A stretch of 64,000 bases of DNA from Gammaproteobacteria bacterium (lineage in GTDB: Bacteria > Pseudomonadota > Gammaproteobacteria > Francisellales > CACEW01): assembly GCA_030652335.1 (NCBI GenBank), contig JAUSAW010000002.1:101491-165490 (forward strand), read 5' to 3'. Within the stretch, counting starts at the first letter, position 1. Every line of letters begins with the position of its first letter. The notes beneath the pieces are model-generated. The model made no database searches. It was not told the origin of the DNA and saw only the letters and a list, made by a program, of their open reading frames with translations. The translations under genes and the position numbers were made by a program. This document shows, one piece after another, positions 29,421-39,241 of this stretch.

Positions 29421-30392
29421 ATGCCTGCACGCGTAGTGATTACAGGAGCTAATGGCTATGTTGGTTGCGTTTTATATGACTTATTAAACTCCGCTTATGA
29501 TTTGGTTTTAGTGGACAATAAGACTGGAGATGATCCTCACAACCGTTTTGGATTAGAAACCATTTCGCCGCCTGCCTGCTCAGCAAAAAGCATTATCCCC
29601 ATCGATCTAGTTGAGGAGCGAATTAAGTTTGCATACTTGCTCGATGAATGCAAACCCGATCTCGTCATCCATTTAGCCGGCATATTAGAAAATCAAACTC
29701 CAGACACTATCACTCGTAAAAACCTCGCCATCAACACCAATGTAGTAGAATTATGCGCCGAAAAAGGCATTAAGCTTATAGCCATGAGCTCGGTAATGGT
29801 TATGTACGGGGCAGCCATGCACAATGCCAAAATTAAAAGCATACTGGAGCGTAAAGCTATAGCACCTCTAAGCGAAGAAGAGAAAATTAAATTAAACGAT
29901 CCGTTAATGAATACTGAGGAGGCCATTACTGAATTTAATCCTGGCAAGTCGGAACAAAATTTCGCCTATATTAAAACCAAAGAACGTCTAGAAGAGCTAG
30001 CCCAAACGACAGTCAGGAGTAAACCCGGTTTAACTATAGCCATTATACGCTTAGGATGGGCCGGTATACGTAATCCATATGCACTTGAAGGCGAGGATAC
30101 TAAATTCACTGAAACCTCGGTATATCTGGATCAAATTGATTTAAGAAGCTTTATGCTTAAATTATTGGAAGCAATACTTTGCGGACATATAGAAGGTTAT
30201 CACTGTTATTGCCCTATCTCAAAGCACCCTCAGAGCTGGATTAGCCTTAAAGCATGCCAAGAAGAATTGGACTGGGAACCGAGTGTAGATATTATAGAAA
30301 AATATGCTAGGCCCGCGGACCTAGCATTAACATTTGGGGGTTCCAGTCAAAGCTTATTGACGACTTCAACTGTAAATCCCTGTGAGCCATAA
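29421..30392 (+). CDS. NAD-dependent epimerase/dehydratase (extended SDR)
   Basis: ITGANGYVG, VIHLAG, SS, YIKTK (YxxxK). Confidence 0.8.
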   Translation: MPARVVITGANGYVGCVLYDLLNSAYDLVLVDNKTGDDPHNRFGLETISPPACSAKSIIPIDLVEERIKFAYLLDECKPDLVIHLAGILENQTPDTITRKNLAINTNVVELCAEKGIKLIAMSSVMVMYGAAMHNAKIKSILERKAIAPLSEEEKIKLNDPLMNTEEAITEFNPGKSEQNFAYIKTKERLEELAQTTVRSKPGLTIAIIRLGWAGIRNPYALEGEDTKFTETSVYLDQIDLRSFMLKLLEAILCGHIEGYHCYCPISKHPQSWISLKACQEELDWEPSVDIIEKYARPADLALTFGGSSQSLLTTSTVNPCEP

Positions 30393-30396
30393 TCCT

Positions 30397-30720
30397 CTAG
30401 CTAGAGGATTTTACTACGATATTATCAACCACTTGATTCACACCCTTAACTTGCTTAGCCGTTTTTTCAGCGAGCACTTTTTGAGCCTGGGTATTAACAA
30501 AGCCACTTAGCTGTACCGTACCTTTATATGTTTCAACATTGATATCAGTAGAATCGATGCCTTTGGTGGCGACCAGGGCTGATTTTACCTTGGTGGTAAT
30601 CGTGCTGCTATCAACATACTGGCCTGTACTTTCCTGAGTGGGTGTAGCCGCACAACCCACTAATGAAAGACCCAAAATCGCTGTTAATAAACCTACTGCT
30701 ATAGGATTTTTGAACTTCAT
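30397..30720 (-). CDS. BON-domain lipoprotein (OsmY-like)
   Basis: Lipobox LVGC; DSSTITTKVKSAL; GTVQLSGFV. Confidence 0.92.
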   Translation of the reverse strand: MKFKNPIAVGLLTAILGLSLVGCAATPTQESTGQYVDSSTITTKVKSALVATKGIDSTDINVETYKGTVQLSGFVNTQAQKVLAEKTAKQVKGVNQVVDNIVVKSSS

Positions 30721-30838
30721 AAAATACTCCTTTTTGTTTGAGATGATTTAACCATAAGATACATTGTCATAAGAATCAAGCATGTCACAAACTAGATGTA
30801 CATCCTTAATCTAGTTATTTGATCTAGGGCATGCTTTA

Positions 30839-32056
30839 ATGCCTGTATTAACAATTAACCCAGCGCTAATTATGTCTTACCCCTTATTTTCTAGACCCGT
30901 CATTAGTCTACTGATCGCTCAATTTTTATCGGCTTTGGCCGACAATGCTATCTTTATTGCTGCTATAGCCCTATTAAAGATCCAAGGTCATTTGGGCTGG
31001 ATATCGTTGCTGCAGATAAGTTTTCTGTTGGCCTATATTATTTTAGCGCCTTATGTCGGTGTATTTGCCGATGGTCATACTAAAAATAAGGTAATGTTTT
31101 TAGCGAATAGCCTAAAATTACTAGGTGGTTTAAGCATGCTGCTAATGCCCTATCCACTTTTGAGCTATTGCATTATTGGCATTGGTGCCGCGAGCTATAG
31201 CCCTGCCAAGTATGGAATACTTCCAGAATTAGTAAGCCAGGATAAGTTAATTCGAGCCAATGGTTTAATAGAAAGCTCGACTATTATAGCTATTATTATC
31301 GGTGTGGTTATAGGTGGCATAATCTCCGACCATTCCACCCATCTATTAATAATAGCCTGTAGCGCCGTGTATTTGCTCTCGGCCTTAATGACCGTTTTAA
31401 TCCCAAGCATTCCCGCTAAGCTGCATTTCTCATGGCGAAATGTATGGCTTTATACCTGTGAATATTTTAGCGATACTGCCATACTGTGGCGAGATAGTAG
31501 CAGTCGCTTTGCTATTATCGGCACCAGCACTTTTTGGTCGGTAGGTGCCACCTTGCGTTTATTATTATTTGCCTGGATTCCCCTGGCATTTTTAAATACC
31601 GGTAATGAGCTTCCAGCAAACCTTATGGGCGTTCTTTCTATTGGCCTAGCCATTGGGGCTTTAACAGTCGGACTATGGATACATTTGGGTACTGTTAGGC
31701 GTGTTATATGGCCGGCTTTATTCTTAGGGCCACTTATTATTGCCACCTTATTGGCCCATAGCATTATTCATTTAGGCCTTATTATGATATTGATTGGTTT
31801 TTGCGGCGGCCTGTTTATTATTCCGCTTAACGCCTTATTGCAGCATCGCGGTACTATACTGATCGGCACAGGCCGCAGCTTGGCCGTGCAAAATTTTATA
31901 GAAAACGCGAGCATGTTAACACTAATCACAGTCTATGGGCTGGCACAATCCTACCATTTGCCTATGCAATGGATTATTTCTGCCCTAGGTTTATTGACCT
32001 TTATGGCAATTCTATTATTAGGCTGTAAAACCCCCCAACCGCAAGGCTGGGGATAA
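30839..32056 (+). CDS. lplT: Lysophospholipid transporter
   Basis: AQFLSALADN, YSPAKYGILPE, PLNALLQHRG, AVQNF.EN. Confidence 0.9.
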   Translation: MPVLTINPALIMSYPLFSRPVISLLIAQFLSALADNAIFIAAIALLKIQGHLGWISLLQISFLLAYIILAPYVGVFADGHTKNKVMFLANSLKLLGGLSMLLMPYPLLSYCIIGIGAASYSPAKYGILPELVSQDKLIRANGLIESSTIIAIIIGVVIGGIISDHSTHLLIIACSAVYLLSALMTVLIPSIPAKLHFSWRNVWLYTCEYFSDTAILWRDSSSRFAIIGTSTFWSVGATLRLLLFAWIPLAFLNTGNELPANLMGVLSIGLAIGALTVGLWIHLGTVRRVIWPALFLGPLIIATLLAHSIIHLGLIMILIGFCGGLFIIPLNALLQHRGTILIGTGRSLAVQNFIENASMLTLITVYGLAQSYHLPMQWIISALGLLTFMAILLLGCKTPQPQGWG

Positions 32057-32064
32057 TAATTAAA

Positions 32065-33132
32065 CTACCCAGGAGCTACCGATGATTTAGATTTTATAGT
32101 ATTCATCGATGAGCCTCCTAGCAGTGGATTACTTTCAATATCACCTGATGAATGAAGCGCTCTTCCTGCTCTAGAAGTATTTATAGAAGCTGCTGCCCAC
32201 GGTAAAGCATCTCCTGCAGTAGGTCGCTTAAAAAAGTTGTCTTCACGAGCTATAGAAGGCCTTGCCGAACCCGTCCCAGCGCTCACTTCAGAACTTTCTG
32301 CAATAGGCGCTAATTGGCGACTGCCTCTATAGCTTCTTTTACTACCTCTAGGACTTCTCATACCATGTGGCCCGAACCTGGCGCGTCCCGTAGTGCTATC
32401 CGGCAATCCAGGAGATGACAGTGGTGCGCCCAATGAAGCAGGCGAATTATCTTCTAGGCTATATGGGCTAGTAGTTGCAGGCGTTCTACAGCCAACTATC
32501 GCATTACTCGAATGGTCTGTAATTATATGTACAAGAGCAGCAACGCATGCAGCAACTGCGAATACTTTTCCAGGCGTTCGGTAATCCGGGCCTCCAAACG
32601 CTTCAACAGCATAGCCTAAACTTATAATAGCTATAGCCTCTGCAAATGTGGATATAATAACATTAACCGTTGGTGATTCAGGCATGCATCTATAAACGAG
32701 ATAACTAATAAGCTCTTTAAAATTTAAAACGCCTAACAAATACCCAGGTATCACCCTAAAATCAGCCCCTGCACCCTCATTACCCTCCCAAACCAATTCT
32801 AGGGTAGGTGTAGTATTGAGTTTCACTAATTCCATGAGTGCGTAGGCTATTAACATTTGATATAGTATCGGAACTTCTGCTCGAGCAGCATTCCAAATAA
32901 AATCAGACCACGTAACAACAGCTGACTCTGTTCTAAGGCTATCGCTTCCAAACTTAACCAGTTGCATTCCAAGAAATGCCGCCCCTGTCATTACCGGAAA
33001 CTGAGGCGCTGGTAATTCTCCGCTGATAACTGCTCCGCCATAAGCCGTGGCACCAGCAGCAATTGAGGCTACTGCAATTTTGGATAGTGTTATTTTTTTT
33101 CTAGTTGGTGCACTAATTTTAGTTGTTAACAT
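32065..33132 (-). CDS. Hypothetical membrane protein with Ser/Arg-rich disordered C-terminal tail
   Basis: Several hydrophobic segments in the first about 210 aa; low-complexity tail; AAGGAG upstream. Confidence 0.6.
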   Translation of the reverse strand: MLTTKISAPTRKKITLSKIAVASIAAGATAYGGAVISGELPAPQFPVMTGAAFLGMQLVKFGSDSLRTESAVVTWSDFIWNAARAEVPILYQMLIAYALMELVKLNTTPTLELVWEGNEGAGADFRVIPGYLLGVLNFKELISYLVYRCMPESPTVNVIISTFAEAIAIISLGYAVEAFGGPDYRTPGKVFAVAACVAALVHIITDHSSNAIVGCRTPATTSPYSLEDNSPASLGAPLSSPGLPDSTTGRARFGPHGMRSPRGSKRSYRGSRQLAPIAESSEVSAGTGSARPSIAREDNFFKRPTAGDALPWAAASINTSRAGRALHSSGDIESNPLLGGSSMNTIKSKSSVAPG

Positions 33133-33216
33133 ACCTTTCTCCTTGGCATTTGCTATTCCGCACGCTTATACTATTTCTATTCTGCTAGCTTATAAACCAT
33201 AAAATATTGCTTATAA

Positions 33217-33235
33217 TATTTCTAAATAGGAAATA
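33217..33235. promoter_or_regulatory. Possible LysR binding site
   Basis: Interrupted palindrome TATTTC-N7-GAAATA immediately before the LysR start. Confidence 0.4.
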
Positions 33236-33238
33236 ATC

Positions 33239-34117
33239 ATGATTAATGCCATACGTTACTTTTTAGCTGTAAAAGCCGAAGGGAATTTTGCGCGAGCCGC
33301 CTGGGTGCTTAACCTTGCGCCATCTGTCATTACCAAAAAAATTAAGCAATTAGAAGATGAGCTAGGCTATAAATTGTTCTATCGCACTACTAGAAGAGTC
33401 ACTTTAACGGCTGAAGGCCAGGCATTTTCCAGTGAAGCAGAAACCCTATTAAAAAAATATGACCATTTATTCAATGAATCTGAAGTAGGCCCTGCCGCAA
33501 CAAAAGTTATTAAAATTGCCAGCTCATTTATATTAGCTAAATTATTTATAACCAAATATTTAGCAGAATTCATGAGCCAGCATCCTAATCTAAAGCTTGA
33601 GTTTTTAACAGAATTCTCCCCATTAAAAATAGCTGACGGCTCGGTCGATATCGTTTTAGGTCATAGCTTACACGAGCTGCCTCACCTTAATAAAATTCAG
33701 CTTTTGCTATCGTGCCGGCATTTATATGCCTCCCCTGCTTATCTAGCCAACAGAGGTAAACCCAAAACACCCCAGGATTTATTGAATCATGATTGCCTGG
33801 TTAATCTGTCCAGCCATCCTGATAAAAAATGGATATTCGATAATAAGGAAATTGTTTTACACCCGCGCATTAGCACCCATGATGGAGCCCTATTAGTGAA
33901 TTTAGCGGCTGAAGGCCTAGGGATTATCAATATGTCTGAAGAGGCCGTGCTCGATCAAGTTAAGCAAGGTAGATTATTGCCTTTGGATATGAAAGTTAAA
34001 GGCCAAAAGACCAGCCTCTATTTATTTTATGCAAAACACCCCAAAGAGCATATTGTTCGCAAATTTGTTGATTTTATCGAGAAGAAACTAAAACAAGAGG
34101 CGACATCGGGCCAATAG
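33239..34117 (+). CDS. LysR family transcriptional regulator
   Basis: GNFARAA..L, LEDELGYKLFYRTTRRVTLTAEG; ASPAYL..RG.P..P.DL. Confidence 0.93.
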   Translation: MINAIRYFLAVKAEGNFARAAWVLNLAPSVITKKIKQLEDELGYKLFYRTTRRVTLTAEGQAFSSEAETLLKKYDHLFNESEVGPAATKVIKIASSFILAKLFITKYLAEFMSQHPNLKLEFLTEFSPLKIADGSVDIVLGHSLHELPHLNKIQLLLSCRHLYASPAYLANRGKPKTPQDLLNHDCLVNLSSHPDKKWIFDNKEIVLHPRISTHDGALLVNLAAEGLGIINMSEEAVLDQVKQGRLLPLDMKVKGQKTSLYLFYAKHPKEHIVRKFVDFIEKKLKQEATSGQ

Positions 34118-34216
34118 AGCCAAAGCATTGTGGCTAAGCCAGGCAAAAGCCTTCTTAAATTGCAGTTCAAAACGAATTCCTTTATTCTGGGCTCATAATT
34201 TAGGAAGGAAAAACTC

Positions 34217-34819
34217 ATGGCATATCGCAATATTATTTTTGATATCGGCAACGTTTTATTAAACTGGCGCCCTGAGCGGGTTATTCAAACCACTTTTCCA
34301 AACCATCCAGACCCTGCGAGCTATGCTAAAAATATTTTCAACCATGCTGACTGGGTAGATTTTGATCGCGGCACCCATAGCGAAGCCGAGATTCAAAACT
34401 TGCTTTGTACTCGACTCAATATTAAAGCCGAACAAGCAACGCTATTGACAGAAATCGTCAAAACCTCACTTAGCCCTAAGCATGAGACCATAGCCCTTTT
34501 GCATGAATTAAAAGCCCAAGGTTATGATCTCTATTGCCTAACCAATATGAGTGGGGAATGTTTTGAATTTATTCAGGCTAAATATGATTTCTGGCCCCTA
34601 TTTACCCATATTACCGTCTCAGGTTATGTGAAATTGGTTAAACCTGATCCGGCTATATATCACCATGCACTCGACATCAATCACTTAAAAGCCAACGAGA
34701 CCATCTTTATCGATGATATAGTCGAAAACGTGCAAGGTGCTGAAAGCGTTGCTATAACAGGCATTCATTTTACCGATTTCAATTCAGTAAATGCCAGATT
34801 AAAACAATTGCTAGGATGA
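34217..34819 (+). CDS. HAD superfamily phosphatase
   Basis: FDIGNV, LTN, KPDPAIY, FIDD. Confidence 0.9.
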   Translation: MAYRNIIFDIGNVLLNWRPERVIQTTFPNHPDPASYAKNIFNHADWVDFDRGTHSEAEIQNLLCTRLNIKAEQATLLTEIVKTSLSPKHETIALLHELKAQGYDLYCLTNMSGECFEFIQAKYDFWPLFTHITVSGYVKLVKPDPAIYHHALDINHLKANETIFIDDIVENVQGAESVAITGIHFTDFNSVNARLKQLLG

Positions 34820-35260
34820 AGCTTGCCCAACAATTTGGCCCGCAAAAGTGCCTCTGCATTTAGAAGTGCTCCACACGCCAGAAGTATTACCGCTTGCGCT
34901 AAGGCTTTGCTCATAGAGCTTCATCTTATCGGACCAACTTCCAGAGCTATCTTGGCCTTTTAATTTTGCCGTCACAAATGTGAAATAAACATCGTCATAG
35001 CCTACCCCTTTATAGGCACTATATCGCATAGTAATATTGTTAGCCGTCACGATTCCATCATCGCTAGTAAGCTGATCGATGCTAGCCTTAACACTTTTGG
35101 GAATATGACTATCACAATAGGCTTGAGTAGTAGCGCTATCGATAGGCTGAATGCTTGAAAATTCTTGCAGCCAAATAGCTTGATTAGTGCTGTTATCGGC
35201 CCAAGCATGGCATGCCATGGATAAGCTCATCAGTAGTAACGCCAATGTAGTTCGTTTCAT
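34811..35260 (-). CDS. Hypothetical exported protein
   Basis: Sec signal peptide (MKRTTLALLL...AWA); two Cys in the mature part. Confidence 0.65.
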   Translation of the reverse strand: MKRTTLALLLMSLSMACHAWADNSTNQAIWLQEFSSIQPIDSATTQAYCDSHIPKSVKASIDQLTSDDGIVTANNITMRYSAYKGVGYDDVYFTFVTAKLKGQDSSGSWSDKMKLYEQSLSASGNTSGVWSTSKCRGTFAGQIVGQASS

Positions 35261-35338
35261 TTTTATTCCTTTACTTTATTTTTATAATATAATTACAAGA
35301 TATTAGCTTGAAGTAAAGGTATATGGCTATCCATAAGT

Positions 35339-36538
35339 TTAGGCTTTAAGAGCCACCAGCCCCGCTAACAAAGTGAAAACCCCGCAACAGGCGATCGGTA
35401 GCGGCAACCATATAATAGCTAATTGTCCAGATAATGCCCCGCTAAGCATCCAACTTAATCCAAAAATAGCCGCCGTGCCTCCCATAACCTTCCCTTGCTC
35501 CGTAGCGCTCACCGCATCTGAAAACAAACTGATTATGCCGGTATAGGCCATCATTTCTACCATAACGCTTAGTGCGGCGAAAATATATGCCAAGTGTAGA
35601 TTAGTAGTAAACGATAATAAACAGGCTAGAAGCCCCAGTAATAGGCTCGATATCACAAATATTTGCATGGGCTTTAAGAAGTGAGCCATCAAAGGTCTTA
35701 ATGTTATTTGAGCAACCCCAAGACTGCCCGCTAAAGTGACGAAAAACAGACTGATGCCATGGGTGCTTAAATGAAATCTGGCGCTTAACACTAAGGGCAA
35801 GGCCTGCATATAAAAGCCCCAGCCAATCTGCAATAGCGTAAATAAAATCATGCAGGATTTGGTTCGAGCATCCACAAAGATAAAACGAAAATCGGTTAAT
35901 ACTTGAATAATCGCTCGCTTAAGCTGGAAATTACCAAATACTACGGTCTTCGCTGGCTCATTAAACCAATAATACAATAGGCTACAATTAGCCAAGCCTA
36001 AGAGAGCCGCCACCCAAAATGGTAGACTAACCCCAAAATGGGAATGATGCCTTCCGACCAAATAACCCGATAGCAAAGGCCCAATTACCGCCCCCATAGT
36101 TCCTGCAAATGACAGCCAGCCTAATTTGTGAATTTTCTCCTTATTAGATTGACTCGTATGAGTAACCGAAGCCTGAGCGATGGAAAAGGTCCCCGAAAAA
36201 AAACCGCTCATCGCTCGGCAAAAAATAAACATCATAAACGAGCTAAATAGAATAGCAAAGGCAGATAATAGAAAGGCTAGGGAGGTGCCAATAAGCGCCA
36301 AAAGCAAAATACGTTTTCTGCCATAGGTATCGGATAGGCCAGATAGATAGGGTGTTCCTAAAAAGATGCCTAATGGCCAGGCAGCCATACATAAGCCATA
36401 CAAAAAGTAATGGGCTGATTGGCTGTATCCAACTGGCAATAAAATACTATTCGATTGAATCAGTAAAATCGGTAATAAGGGAACCACTAAATTACTACCC
36501 ATAACATCTATAATGACTGTCATGATAAGGGCAAACAT
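35339..36538 (-). CDS. TetA/DHA1-like MFS transporter
   Basis: IDVMG..LV.P, LSDTYGRKR, EQGKVMG; start placed at ATG 36538 after AGGAG. Confidence 0.85.
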   Translation of the reverse strand: MFALIMTVIIDVMGSNLVVPLLPILLIQSNSILLPVGYSQSAHYFLYGLCMAAWPLGIFLGTPYLSGLSDTYGRKRILLLALIGTSLAFLLSAFAILFSSFMMFIFCRAMSGFFSGTFSIAQASVTHTSQSNKEKIHKLGWLSFAGTMGAVIGPLLSGYLVGRHHSHFGVSLPFWVAALLGLANCSLLYYWFNEPAKTVVFGNFQLKRAIIQVLTDFRFIFVDARTKSCMILFTLLQIGWGFYMQALPLVLSARFHLSTHGISLFFVTLAGSLGVAQITLRPLMAHFLKPMQIFVISSLLLGLLACLLSFTTNLHLAYIFAALSVMVEMMAYTGIISLFSDAVSATEQGKVMGGTAAIFGLSWMLSGALSGQLAIIWLPLPIACCGVFTLLAGLVALKA

Positions 36539-36648
36539 AGGCCGCTCCTGTGATAGCGCTAGATCTTTTACTATAACCATACTTGGCATGGTCTTCAAGA
36601 CTGCATTATTAAATGTGCAAGGCTTGATCTTTAAAAACAATTTTTGCT

Positions 36649-38361
36649 ATGATTTTATCTATGGAAAAATTCGCTGACGCCTTATCGGTAATTTATCGTG
36701 ATGAATCCGCTTATATTGCGGAAAAGATTGGCATTCATCTCGATAAAGTCATCAGCCAAACCCTGGGCAATGCTGACAAAGAATGGTATCGTTCTGTAGA
36801 GATCTATTGCGTGTATCCAGATGGGGTGGTATATGATAAATCACTTAATCCTTTACAAAATTTAACGCTGCACTTAAAACGAGTACAAGCTTTAGGTTTT
36901 AATGCTATCCACGTCCTACCCTTCTTAGAATCCCCCTTATTGGATAGAGGCTTTGATATAAGCAACTATTTAAAAATTCAAAGCAGCCTGGGCAACTTAG
37001 AGGATATGCAATCATTTTTAAAAGAGGCCAATTCTTTTAATATCCATGTATTTATGGATCTGGTCTTTAACCACGTATCCTCTCAACATGAATGGTTCCA
37101 AAAAGCCATTAAAGGCGATAAGCATTATCGAGACTTTTTTATCCATACCGATGTCGAACCTAAATTTATTAAAAAATATCATAAAGATAGTGCTGTCTGG
37201 GCTGAATATGAAGTCGATGGTGAGATTAAAGTCGTTAATATCGCCTTCCCAGAACATACCGGCCCCATCCCCCACTGGCGAGAAGGTGGAGATGGCTATT
37301 GGTATTATCACACCTATTACCCCGATCAAATCGATTTAAATTGGCTAAATCCTGAAGTATTTATAGAATTGGCCAAGGTCGTAATCTATTGGGCTAAATT
37401 TGGCTTTAACTTTAGGCTCGATGCCATACCTTTTATCGGCAAAGGCCCCTATAAAGAAATTAGCACTAAAAACACAGAAGCCCAGGCTATTACCGCCGCC
37501 TTAAAATGCGTGGCCGATGCGGTTAATCTCAACTGTGCGTTTTTAGTTGAAACTTACGAAGAAATTGAATCCGTTATCGGCTATTTTGGTAAACCAGACT
37601 GTGTGTCTGCCAATCTCTCCTATAATTTTCATCTCTGCACTAGCATATGGGTAACATTAGTTACGAAAGACAGCGAGCATATTTGGAATAAGCTCGATAA
37701 ATTATACGATATTCCAGATCATGCAGAATGGCTTAATTTCTTACGCAATCACGACGAGCTAAGCCTGGCCTATTTGCCAGATGACACTCTTAAAACAGTC
37801 CAAGATGCCTTAGAAAAACACGGCGCATCATTCCGTGAAGGCCTGGGTATCTCTGGACGAACCTTCTCATTACTGGCCGGTAATAAAGGTAAGTTTTTAA
37901 TGGCTTATTTTTTACTGGCTTCCCTCCCAGGTGGGCTTATGCTGCCCTATGGTGATGAGATTGCTACGGCAAATATCGCCTTAACCGACCTTAATAAGAC
38001 CGAACAAAAAGACACTCGAAATATTAACCGAGGCTGTATCGATGCAAAGCTTTACGACTTGCCCGAAAACGCCGCCATTTTTCAACTGATGTCTACGCTT
38101 ATCACCCAGCGAAAAGTACTAAGACTCTACCTTAATAATTGGCCGAAACGACTAGAAGCTCCTAAAGAGATATTTGCCCTAACCTACACTAATGGCAGCG
38201 ATCAACTATTTATTTACATTAATCTCAATCAAAAGCCTGTCACTCTCGCTCTATCTCAACCGAATTTAAAGACAATTATGCAGATCAATACAGTTGATCT
38301 AAAAGCTGACAGCATCACCTTGGACTCCTATGCTGGAATTTGGTTAAAATCTACAAGTTAA
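36649..38361 (+). CDS. GH13 alpha-amylase family enzyme (trehalose synthase/amylosucrase-like)
   Basis: DLVFNHVS, FRLDAIP (nucleophile), LVET (acid/base), FLRNHDEL. Confidence 0.88.
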   Translation: MILSMEKFADALSVIYRDESAYIAEKIGIHLDKVISQTLGNADKEWYRSVEIYCVYPDGVVYDKSLNPLQNLTLHLKRVQALGFNAIHVLPFLESPLLDRGFDISNYLKIQSSLGNLEDMQSFLKEANSFNIHVFMDLVFNHVSSQHEWFQKAIKGDKHYRDFFIHTDVEPKFIKKYHKDSAVWAEYEVDGEIKVVNIAFPEHTGPIPHWREGGDGYWYYHTYYPDQIDLNWLNPEVFIELAKVVIYWAKFGFNFRLDAIPFIGKGPYKEISTKNTEAQAITAALKCVADAVNLNCAFLVETYEEIESVIGYFGKPDCVSANLSYNFHLCTSIWVTLVTKDSEHIWNKLDKLYDIPDHAEWLNFLRNHDELSLAYLPDDTLKTVQDALEKHGASFREGLGISGRTFSLLAGNKGKFLMAYFLLASLPGGLMLPYGDEIATANIALTDLNKTEQKDTRNINRGCIDAKLYDLPENAAIFQLMSTLITQRKVLRLYLNNWPKRLEAPKEIFALTYTNGSDQLFIYINLNQKPVTLALSQPNLKTIMQINTVDLKADSITLDSYAGIWLKSTS

Positions 38362-38566
38362 GTTCTTGCTTATATTCTAATATATCCCCTGGCTGACAGT
38401 CTAAATAAGCACAAATTGCCTCTAAGGTGCTTAAGCGTATAGCTTTGGCCTTACCCGTTTTTAATATGGATAAATTGGCCTCGGTTAATCCAATCGCTTC
38501 GGCCATATCTTTTGAACGCACTTTGCGTTTAGCTAACATCACATCTAAGTTAATAATTATACTCAT
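38351..38566 (-). CDS. XRE/Cro-C1 HTH regulator (YozG-like)
   Basis: LDVMLAKRK, NLSILKTGKAKAIR, CQPGDILEY. Confidence 0.92.
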   Translation of the reverse strand: MSIIINLDVMLAKRKVRSKDMAEAIGLTEANLSILKTGKAKAIRLSTLEAICAYLDCQPGDILEYKQELNL

Positions 38567-38568
38567 GA

Positions 38569-39117
38569 CTACACCGTATATTCTTGTTCGAGTTTAAGTT
38601 TAGCCGCTTCCAGCATTATCCACGAAATCATTATGACGATAATGGCAATGACGATATTGCTAATATTTAAGCTCATATTCATGAGGCGTTGACCCGGTGG
38701 GTTATGCCAGGTTAAATCTACTGTGATAAGAGCCTGGTAAATCGTAGGTATTATCAGCGCCTTAGCTAGCATTAGTCGGCCAATCAAACGAATATAACGC
38801 GCATTACGTTCAGCAAATATCTGTCCATGCTGATAACAGTTAAATAGCTTTGCCAAGCTGTAAGCAATCGCCATATTAAAGCCAAGCGGAATAAAATTAA
38901 TGACTATGGCATAGAGGCGAGTGCTAAGTTCCCATTTCTGCATGGCTACACCCGCAGAGATTGGCAGATTTGAAAATAAATACCACATTGATTGAGATAT
39001 ATCTCCTCCCATTCCAAATGGGTTTAACCAAAATGCAATGAGAATAACAGGCATGCCGATAAACGCGATGTAACAAAGCATTTTAAAAACTCGGCTATAA
39101 TATTGTATCTTTTTCAT
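38569..39117 (-). CDS. DUF2975 family membrane protein
   Basis: Four TM segments, G.IF...N, C-terminal EQEYTV; typical pairing with YozG-like HTH; AAGGAG before ATG 39117. Confidence 0.85.
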   Translation of the reverse strand: MKKIQYYSRVFKMLCYIAFIGMPVILIAFWLNPFGMGGDISQSMWYLFSNLPISAGVAMQKWELSTRLYAIVINFIPLGFNMAIAYSLAKLFNCYQHGQIFAERNARYIRLIGRLMLAKALIIPTIYQALITVDLTWHNPPGQRLMNMSLNISNIVIAIIVIMISWIMLEAAKLKLEQEYTV

Positions 39118-39160
39118 AGTAGGCTCCTTAATGAACAATTTCCGCATAATACAACAATTA

Positions 39161-39179
39161 ATTATCGATTGTCAATAAT
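39161..39179. promoter_or_regulatory. Probable operator of the DUF2975/HTH operon
   Basis: Near-perfect inverted repeat ATTATCGA-TTG-TCAATAAT upstream of the operon. Confidence 0.5.
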
Positions 39180-39241
39180 AAAATATGCGCATTGCAGTTA
39201 CTAAAAATTTAGCCCACAATGGTCAGGTCTTACATTAGGAG

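Noticed and set aside
32115-32160. SGDIESNP resembles the viral 2A ribosome-skipping motif GD(V/I)ExNPGP
   Set aside because: It is followed by LL rather than the essential GP, and 2A skipping does not operate on bacterial ribosomes; the dileucine reading is more plausible.
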